DNA of 46,658 nucleotides. It comes from Candidatus Levyibacteriota bacterium. GTDB lineage: Bacteria; Patescibacteriota; Microgenomatia; Levybacterales; UBA12049. The DNA is taken from NCBI GenBank assembly GCA_963716145.1, contig OY970292.1, forward strand, positions 1,095,404 through 1,142,061, written 5' to 3'. Below, piece after piece: positions 40,449-46,658 of the stretch. Numbering within the stretch: position 1 is the first letter of the stretch; every line of letters starts with the position of its first letter. The translations under genes were made by a program, and so were the position numbers. Below the pieces are notes generated by a model that did not search any database, was not told the DNA's origin, and saw only the letters and a program-made list of their open reading frames with translations.

Positions 40449-41987
40449 ATGGCTGAAGGAGAGGGACCCAGTAAATTTGAAGGATTTTATACACCTCCTG
40501 AAACCGGTAAAATTACCGGGCTTCAAGAGGCACTTGCAGCTCTCCCCAGGGAAATAGTTAATAGAGATGGTAGAGCAGAAGTTTTCTTAGGTCACGTCGG
40601 TGATCTGAGAAAAGATGGTGGACCACCCCCTAATCCAAGCATTCGCCCGTCCGTTGTGGCTAGGTTTTTATCCGATACTGCTGCTTCCAATAATGTATCC
40701 CGTGGTGAAGTTGTAAAACAAATCAGGCTCTTGGGGATTGAAGATCCAGATAAGGTTAAGGAAGTTAACAAAAAGTATACGGAGACAATAGGTTATGCAG
40801 GTGATGTTCATGGAGATTCTGAAGGGGAACTTCTTGCTAAATTGGAAATGATGCTTGATACGCCACCTGAGTATTTGATTTTTAACGGAGATATTGTTGG
40901 GAACGAACAGTTTACGGTACTTCAAAGACCATTTTATAACGATTTAAATAATCATTCCAAGCCATTACTTAATGAGCAGCCTGAAATTACAGATGATGCG
41001 CTACTTAGTAAAGTAGTAGATACTACGCCTCAAGGAGATATTACTCTTAAAGATGGTTTTATTAAATTAAGACACGCTGAACTAACAATAGGCGGAATGT
41101 CCGAAACAGAAGCTGATCAAACAGTCGGTGCATTAACACCAGAGACTATTGCCGCTGAAATACGAAGATATGCTGAATATGTTCACTATGGGCATTATGC
41201 TTCCAATCTGCCTGAAACTATACAGTCAAAACTATTAGAAGGTCTGAAAGAAAACGCTCAAAGATATGCAGACATAATGAATAAATTTGTTGAAAAAGGA
41301 ACTGCTGTTCATGTCTTGCAGGGCAATTGGGATGCGCGAATTCCTCTTGACTTTGTGCGGGGAGTACCCGATGCCGTTCCTCTTGAAGAGAGCTTGTTTG
41401 ACATAGGTAAATATTTTGACAATACAGAAATTAAATTTTACGATGACATAGGATATGTTGATACAAAAACTTCTCTACAAGTGATATTGCCCTTTGATTC
41501 TATAACAGATTTTCCACAGAGGGATGAGGCAGCTAGGGCGGAAATCAAACAAAGAGTAGAAGCGGCCCGCGCGACGCATAAAACAGTCGTGCTTGTAGCA
41601 CACGGGGAACCTGACTTCCGAGTGCATAATTTAAGTAATCCAAAATTGGAAGCTAAAGGAGAGCATAGATTGTTGCTAGATGGATTTCAAGAAATTCTTC
41701 CCATAGTAGAACCCGACGAGATTGTTCACGGACATATGCACCTTCCCTTGACAGACGAGCAGGGTCAAGAGGTTGGCCTCAATGCTAAATATGTTGTTAC
41801 TACTGATAGTGAGGGAAAATTAAAACTAGTAGAAAATTTCCAAGACGATCCTGACGGAGAAAAGAGAACTGTTGTTTCTTATACACCTTTACTAACAGTT
41901 GCAGAATTATCAGTAAATAAGCGTTTAGAAGACAAAAGAATTAGAGGTTTTGGGGGAGAGAGATCTCCTGTCAAAGTTGTTGGGTAA
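40449..41987 (+). CDS. Calcineurin-like metallophosphoesterase with long N-terminal extension and insert; atypical motif III
   Basis: Motif I GDVHGD, motif II NGDIVGN, motif III LQGNWD (Trp where GNH(D/E) has His), then VAHGEP and VHGHMH (GHxH). Confidence 0.6.
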   Translation: MAEGEGPSKFEGFYTPPETGKITGLQEALAALPREIVNRDGRAEVFLGHVGDLRKDGGPPPNPSIRPSVVARFLSDTAASNNVSRGEVVKQIRLLGIEDPDKVKEVNKKYTETIGYAGDVHGDSEGELLAKLEMMLDTPPEYLIFNGDIVGNEQFTVLQRPFYNDLNNHSKPLLNEQPEITDDALLSKVVDTTPQGDITLKDGFIKLRHAELTIGGMSETEADQTVGALTPETIAAEIRRYAEYVHYGHYASNLPETIQSKLLEGLKENAQRYADIMNKFVEKGTAVHVLQGNWDARIPLDFVRGVPDAVPLEESLFDIGKYFDNTEIKFYDDIGYVDTKTSLQVILPFDSITDFPQRDEAARAEIKQRVEAARATHKTVVLVAHGEPDFRVHNLSNPKLEAKGEHRLLLDGFQEILPIVEPDEIVHGHMHLPLTDEQGQEVGLNAKYVVTTDSEGKLKLVENFQDDPDGEKRTVVSYTPLLTVAELSVNKRLEDKRIRGFGGERSPVKVVG

Positions 41988-41988
41988 T

Positions 41989-42426
41989 TTATCGGGTTTT
42001 TATCTCTCTTTTGTTGTCTCCCAGATATTCAAAATATAAATTTATTCTTTTTTTTGGTAGGATTTTCTCAATCTTTTCCGGCCATTCTATGGCTACTATG
42101 TTTGATTTATCATTTAAAATTTCTTTAAGTCCCAATCCCTCAACGTCTTTTTCGCTCTCTATTCTATAAAGATCTATATGGTAAAAATTCTTGATTCTTG
42201 ATTCTTGCTTCTTAATTCTTATGTCATATTTCCGGACAATTATAAAAGTAGGTGAAATAATTTTGCTTTTGATTCCCAAACCCTTTGCAAATCCTTGAAC
42301 GAATGTTGTTTTACCGGATCCCAAATTTCCATATAGAGCAAGAGTCGATCCACTTTTTAGATTTTTTCCTAAATTAAATCCCAATTCCTGAGTCTCTGAA
42401 AATTTATTAGTTTTGTGGATTTGCAT
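41989..42426 (-). CDS. tsaE: tRNA threonylcarbamoyladenosine biosynthesis ATPase TsaE, with a heptad-array insert
   Basis: [24 protein letters not shown]...[10 protein letters not shown]...YHIDLYRI. The start is taken at MQIHKTNKF (42426). Confidence 0.85.
   Translation of the reverse strand: MQIHKTNKFSETQELGFNLGKNLKSGSTLALYGNLGSGKTTFVQGFAKGLGIKSKIISPTFIIVRKYDIRIKKQESRIKNFYHIDLYRIESEKDVEGLGLKEILNDKSNIVAIEWPEKIEKILPKKRINLYFEYLGDNKREIKTR
42187..42221. repeat. ATTCTTG-type heptad array inside tsaE
   Basis: ATTCTTG x3, CTTCTTA, ATTCTTA. It encodes [12 protein letters not shown] between the SPTF and HxDLYR motifs. Confidence 0.9.
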
Positions 42427-43246
42427 TATTATTTCTTCTAATTTTCCAGTAAACAAGTATACCACAAGACAGGATCAGAATTGAGCCTAATATTATGGCA
42501 ATAGGAACAAGGTTATTCTGCATAGAGCTTTTTATAAGTAATTTTTTACTTTTGCTTGGAGTGGGCGATAATCTTTTGGCAGCAGATGTAGTTCCAAGAA
42601 TCGAAGCGGATTTAGAGCTCAGATTAGCCGATTTTGTAGCAGCTTTTGTTGGGGACTTGGTGATTTTTGGCGTGGGGGAAGGGGTTGGAGTTTTTATCGC
42701 AGTTGGAGTAGGTATTTTGGTCGGAGTAGGTTCTTTTGTGGGAATGAGAGTAGGAGAGGGAGTTGGGGTTGGAGTAGGAGCAGGTCCGCTGTTGCTATTG
42801 CCCTTAGTTCCTTCAGCAAGTGCTTGAATTGTCCCCGTCCCATTAGGAGTTCTACCTATTGCAATATCTTCTCCGGGGTCATTGGTATATTCATATTGAT
42901 CCAAGATATTACCACTATTATCAAAAAGAACAACATGATCTCCCTCATTGTTAAGCATGGAACTTAATTCAATATATGGGTGTTGCGGATTTGTTTTTAT
43001 AAGGGTTGAAAGAATTTTTTTAGAGCTAGTACCACTATCATTGATAAAATCATTATCGTCGTCGATCCAATAATTTGAGATATCAATACTGTCCGGATTA
43101 TAAAATTCAACCCACTCTTTATTACCACTGCTTGGATGAACTATGAATTCATTTATAAGTATTTTATTTTCCGCGAAAGCAGGTTCGGGGAGCGCCAAAA
43201 AAACTAACACAGTAATTAAACTAATTTTCAGAGACTTCCTCATCAA
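42407..43246 (-). CDS. Lamin-tail-domain surface protein with Pro/Thr-rich stalk and C-terminal TM anchor
   Basis: Signal peptide, then [36 protein letters not shown] (LTD signature). PT-rich linker [28 protein letters not shown]... and a terminal TM. Confidence 0.75.
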   Translation of the reverse strand: MMRKSLKISLITVLVFLALPEPAFAENKILINEFIVHPSSGNKEWVEFYNPDSIDISNYWIDDDNDFINDSGTSSKKILSTLIKTNPQHPYIELSSMLNNEGDHVVLFDNSGNILDQYEYTNDPGEDIAIGRTPNGTGTIQALAEGTKGNSNSGPAPTPTPTPSPTLIPTKEPTPTKIPTPTAIKTPTPSPTPKITKSPTKAATKSANLSSKSASILGTTSAAKRLSPTPSKSKKLLIKSSMQNNLVPIAIILGSILILSCGILVYWKIRRNNNANPQN

Positions 43247-43310
43247 TTAATAATAAGATATAAATGTCCGGATTTACAATAGAGTGTTTTGGGAGCAAAT
43301 CCCCAACGAG

Positions 43311-44507
43311 TTAGTGAGCGTAGTTAACGTGAAGATAAAAAGTATCTAAGCCATCTTCCGTATGATGCACTCTCACGTATTGAAGTCTGCAGCCGCCATT
43401 TCCGGTGTAGCTTCCTTGAAATAAGGTTCCCGCCTTAACGGCTCTTACTAAAGAAGATGGACCGCTAATATCCAGCCCATTATGGAAGGAGTAAAACGAA
43501 GCACCCGATGACGCAAAACTTGTATTGCCGTATCCCTGATTAAATTGTATGGGAGCGCTAATGGGCCAATCCCAGCTACCACTTGGATTCCAGGGATCAC
43601 CTGATTGATTACTGTGATCAATATCTTTTAATTTACTGAATGGATTCAAAGTACTGCCCCCGCTACTTACAGTAAAATGAAGATGGGTACCACTTGAATT
43701 GCAAGAGGCTCCTTGTTTAATCGTTGCAATCATATCGCCCTGATTTACAGATCCGACTTCTCCCTCATTTCCTCGGCCTGAAACAATTCCCTGTATAGCC
43801 TCAAATTCTGCTTTTGTTTCAGCCAAAAGAGTTTGGTAATTTGCCTCACTTCCTTTTGTTTCCTGCAGCAAGTTTTGCTTTTTCTGTTTATCCAGATCAA
43901 GCTGCTTTGTGTAACTTTCCAGTTGAGTTTTGAGCGCCTCAATCTTTTGCTTTTTATCCTCAAATATATTTTTTTGATTTGCGTAGTCATTTCTTGCTTG
44001 TTGCGCATTATACATTAGGCGTTTATCATGCTCTTGAACTATTTTGAGATAGTTGGCCCGCTTAATAAGATTTGATATATCGCTTGATGATGCAAGAACG
44101 TGGATAGGTTCAATACCTCCAACTTCATAGGTTGTAATAATTCTGTTAATTAGAACTTTACTGACACTACTGAGGGAGCTTTCAAGATTTTCCACTCTTT
44201 TGGTTGCGGAATCAATATCAAGCGTAAGATCATTAATTTGCTGTTTATTGAAGTCTATGCGGGCTTCAGTAAGCTTGATCTGGTTGTCCATCACGCCTAT
44301 TTGAGAGGAAAGTGAATTTTCCTGCGATTTAAGATCTGAAATTTTGGACTCCAGTTCTGCTATCTTTTTACTTAAATCACTTACTTTCTGAGATTTATCG
44401 GGAGCAGAGGTTGGTGTCGGGGTTGTTGTTTGTCCATATACGAATGGGATTGCAAAAAACCACAAGAAAGCTAAAGCGACGAGTAATTTAGGAAATCTCT
44501 TTTTCAT
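43311..44507 (-). CDS. Coiled-coil plus M23/LytM-family metallopeptidase (EnvC/FtsEX-partner-like); catalytic motifs in permuted order
   Basis: Signal peptide MKKRFPKLLVALAFLWFF, about 230 aa of coiled coil, then GTHLHFTV (HxH) before FHNGLDISG (HxxxD). The start is taken at ATG 44507 to avoid overlap with ftsX. Confidence 0.75.
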   Translation of the reverse strand: MKKRFPKLLVALAFLWFFAIPFVYGQTTTPTPTSAPDKSQKVSDLSKKIAELESKISDLKSQENSLSSQIGVMDNQIKLTEARIDFNKQQINDLTLDIDSATKRVENLESSLSSVSKVLINRIITTYEVGGIEPIHVLASSSDISNLIKRANYLKIVQEHDKRLMYNAQQARNDYANQKNIFEDKKQKIEALKTQLESYTKQLDLDKQKKQNLLQETKGSEANYQTLLAETKAEFEAIQGIVSGRGNEGEVGSVNQGDMIATIKQGASCNSSGTHLHFTVSSGGSTLNPFSKLKDIDHSNQSGDPWNPSGSWDWPISAPIQFNQGYGNTSFASSGASFYSFHNGLDISGPSSLVRAVKAGTLFQGSYTGNGGCRLQYVRVHHTEDGLDTFYLHVNYAH

Positions 44508-44529
44508 ATTGAACACAGACTCTTTTATT

Positions 44530-45396
44530 TTACTTAAGATACCGGAGAACCGCAAGGAAGCTTGCCAGAACACCCAAACCAATTGCGATAGAAAGTTCGG
44601 CTAAAAGAAGACCAACTAAAAATAGGGGAGATACCGGAAGAATTGGAATTCCTTTTAGAAAAGATTCAAGATACGGTGATGCGTATAGCAAGCCCGCGGA
44701 TGCAATAAGCCAGCCCATGAGTGTCCCGACTGCTCCATAAAAGATTCCTTCAAACATAAACGGTGTGCGTATATACCAGTTAGTTGCGGACAAAAGTTTC
44801 ATAATTTCTATCTCATCTCTTTTAAGGGATACCTTAAATCCGATTACCATCATCATAATAAATATGGAGACAAGGGCCAAAACAACAATTATAGAAGTAC
44901 CGATTATCCTAACAGCATTAGTCCACTTACTCAGAGTTGACACGATATCTTTCTGATAGATTACTTCTGAAACAATAGGGGAGCCTTTAAGCGCATCGGA
45001 AACTGATGCCAAATCATCTATGCGCAGGGTGGAGATTTCCAGGGATGAAGGCAATATATCAGCAGTTACAAGATCCAAAAGCAAAGGATCGTTTTTATTT
45101 TGCTCTTTGTAGATCTGAAGGGCTTCTTTTTTGGAAACAAAACGGACAGATGATATTTTACCGGTACGTTTTAAATTATTTTCCAGCAGCGTTATTTCTT
45201 CCGGTTTTGCTTCATCTTTGAAAAAAGCAGTAACTTGGGGCTTTGACTCAAAATATCTAATTACAACGGAGAAGCCGAAAACAATAAATGAGAATACGGA
45301 TATTGAAAGAAAAGTAAGCATCATTATGAAAACAGCAGTTAAGGCTTGATATGGGGTCCTTCTGATTTGCTTCCAGGTGGTTTTAATTATTTTCAT
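44530..45396 (-). CDS. ftsX: Cell division ABC transporter permease FtsX
   Basis: 288 aa. N-terminal TM, a periplasmic loop of about 100 aa, and three C-terminal TMs. It overlaps the ftsE stop by 4 nt. Confidence 0.85.
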   Translation of the reverse strand: MKIIKTTWKQIRRTPYQALTAVFIMMLTFLSISVFSFIVFGFSVVIRYFESKPQVTAFFKDEAKPEEITLLENNLKRTGKISSVRFVSKKEALQIYKEQNKNDPLLLDLVTADILPSSLEISTLRIDDLASVSDALKGSPIVSEVIYQKDIVSTLSKWTNAVRIIGTSIIVVLALVSIFIMMMVIGFKVSLKRDEIEIMKLLSATNWYIRTPFMFEGIFYGAVGTLMGWLIASAGLLYASPYLESFLKGIPILPVSPLFLVGLLLAELSIAIGLGVLASFLAVLRYLK

Positions 45397-46076
45397 TTTT
45401 CTTGCTTTTCTTCTCTTTTTTTATCGTCAACAATCTTTCCTTTTTCAAGGACGATTACTCGCTTTAAGAGACTATTCACAATATCAGTATTATGCGTAGC
45501 CATGATTACTGTAGTGCCGCTTTTATTAATGTCTTGAAGTAATTTAACAATTTCCCATGAAGTTGTTGTATCCAAATTTCCCGTTGGTTCATCAGCCAAA
45601 ATTATTTCCGGAGAGAAAGCGAGAGCCCTGGCAATAGCAGCTCTCTGAAGCTCGCCTCCCGAGAGTTGTATCGGAAATTTATCTTTGTGATCAAGTATTC
45701 CTACTTGTTCAAGTATTTCCTCAATTCTTTTTTTGGCTTTTTCCTCATCAGCATGACCAACTTCCAGAGGCAGAAGAATATTTTCAAAGATCGTTCTATC
45801 TCTTAATAATTTCAAATCTTGGAAAATTACACCTATACTTTTTCTCAGATGCGGAATATGCTTTTTGGCGAGATTTACAATATCCCATTCCCCGATATGT
45901 ATACTTCCGCTTGTTGGCGTCATCTCACGAGTTATCAGACGGAATAACGTTGTTTTACCCGAACCTGAAGGGCCAACGACAAAGACAAATTCTCCTTTAT
46001 CGATAGAAAATGTAATGTCATCTAAAGCAGTACTTCCGGTTGGGAATGATTTTGTGATATTTTGAAGCTTTATCAT
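45393..46076 (-). CDS. ftsE: Cell division ATP-binding protein FtsE
   Basis: Walker A GPSGSGKTT, signature LSGGELQR, Walker B ILADEPTGNLD, H-loop ATHN; 227 aa. Confidence 0.9.
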   Translation of the reverse strand: MIKLQNITKSFPTGSTALDDITFSIDKGEFVFVVGPSGSGKTTLFRLITREMTPTSGSIHIGEWDIVNLAKKHIPHLRKSIGVIFQDLKLLRDRTIFENILLPLEVGHADEEKAKKRIEEILEQVGILDHKDKFPIQLSGGELQRAAIARALAFSPEIILADEPTGNLDTTTSWEIVKLLQDINKSGTTVIMATHNTDIVNSLLKRVIVLEKGKIVDDKKREEKQEK

Positions 46077-46088
46077 GTTTCAAAAAAC

Positions 46089-46197
46089 AATTTTTAATTT
46101 TCAGTTCTCAATTTTCATTGAATTTTCAATGACTAAATGTTTAAAAATTAAAACATTGTGATTTGATTGAAAATTGTAAATTTCAAATTGAAAATTA
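46089..46197. repeat. Opposed 7-nt-period arrays upstream of ftsE
   Basis: 46096-46130: AATTTTC AGTTCTC AATTTTC ATTGAAT TTTCAAT. 46160-46197: GATTTGA TTGAAAA TTGTAAA TTTCAAA TTGAAAA, in roughly reverse-complement orientation. Confidence 0.75.
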
Positions 46198-46198
46198 C

Positions 46199-46582
46199 TT
46201 AGAGTACTTCTACTCTGCCTACATCCATGAGCCATCCTGCTGTCTGAGCTGTTTGTGTCTGGCCCCAGACTTTTATCTTTTTACCTATAAATTGGGATAA
46301 ATCAACAGTAGATGATGTCATGTAGACATTTTGGCTGTCTCCTCCGGGACGGACTAAGTGAAATTGTCCTTCTCCTTCAACCCCGCCTTCTTCCACTTTT
46401 CCTTCCGCAGTGTCTTTAAAGGTTTTTGTGTCATCTGAGCCGTAAGTTTTACCACTTACAGCAGAATTCTTTGTTGGCAGTAGGGGAACGTTGTTGCCTG
46501 TTTTGGCTGAGTATTTTGCTAGAGCAAAACCTGTTCCAACTCCCAGAGCGGCAATTATTATGAATAATACAATATTTTTCAT
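46199..46582 (-). CDS. Membrane-anchored or secreted hypothetical protein
   Basis: MKNIVLFIIIAALGVGTGFALA signal/anchor followed by a ~100-aa soluble domain. The ORF track begins 12 codons upstream (46618). Confidence 0.45.
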   Translation of the reverse strand: MKNIVLFIIIAALGVGTGFALAKYSAKTGNNVPLLPTKNSAVSGKTYGSDDTKTFKDTAEGKVEEGGVEGEGQFHLVRPGGDSQNVYMTSSTVDLSQFIGKKIKVWGQTQTAQTAGWLMDVGRVEVL

Positions 46583-46658
46583 GGGTGAAGAAGACTTGCT
46601 CTCTTTAAAGCTATGCATAACCGGAGTATCTGGGCCTTTTGTATTTGTCTCTTTTTTT

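Noticed and set aside
42495-42827. 110-aa plus-strand ORF rich in Gly/Val
   Set aside because: It is the antisense reading of the Pro/Thr-rich linker of the lamin-tail-domain protein, an artefact of repetitive codons.

Overview
AT-rich bacterial chromosome segment. Gene content suggests a Candidate Phyla Radiation/Patescibacteria (Microgenomates-like) organism; that is an inference. No rRNA, tRNA, CRISPR array, transposase or integrase was recognised by eye.

Layout, left to right:
- 5'-truncated OLD-family ATPase/Toprim nuclease.
- rpoB-rpoC, recognisable end to end but broken by dozens of +/-1 frame changes.
- rpsL-rpsG.
- A 2H-phosphoesterase/Fic insertion where fusA-tuf normally follow.
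- Cyclophilin.
- A lipid cluster: CDP-alcohol phosphatidyltransferase, PHP phosphoesterase, DAG-kinase-like lipid kinase, archaeal-type CarS homologue.
- A ~20 kb minus-strand glycan/cell-envelope cluster: GT2, GT4, GT-C-like giant membrane proteins, methyltransferase, WecB, FdtA/FdtC/FdtB-like 3-acetamido-sugar genes, Wzx-like flippase, GalE.
- A cohesin/PKD surface protein, lepA, an unknown gene plus an atypical metallophosphoesterase, tsaE, a lamin-tail-domain surface protein, and ftsE-ftsX with a coiled-coil M23 peptidase.

Most unusual signals:
1. A dispersed family of tandem arrays with a strict 7-nt period (cyanobacterial STRR-like). They occur in at least a dozen places, often as opposed-orientation pairs. 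Two pairs enclose Avd/23S-IVS-type four-helix-bundle genes. Other pairs are empty. Others sit in frame inside genes in 21-nt quanta, giving EPRTKN(Q)-type peptides, including in tsaE.
2. A Fic gene bracketed by two 32-nt near-identical palindromes and preceded by 10-bp phased repeats.
3. A hairpin leader shared at identical spacing by two sugar genes.
4. An M23 peptidase whose catalytic motifs appear in circularly permuted order.
5. A truncated GT4 paralogue next to an AAA_14/DUF4143 ATPase-nuclease gene.
6. Indels confined almost entirely to rpoBC. This is most likely a consensus or polishing artefact, but it needs checking.
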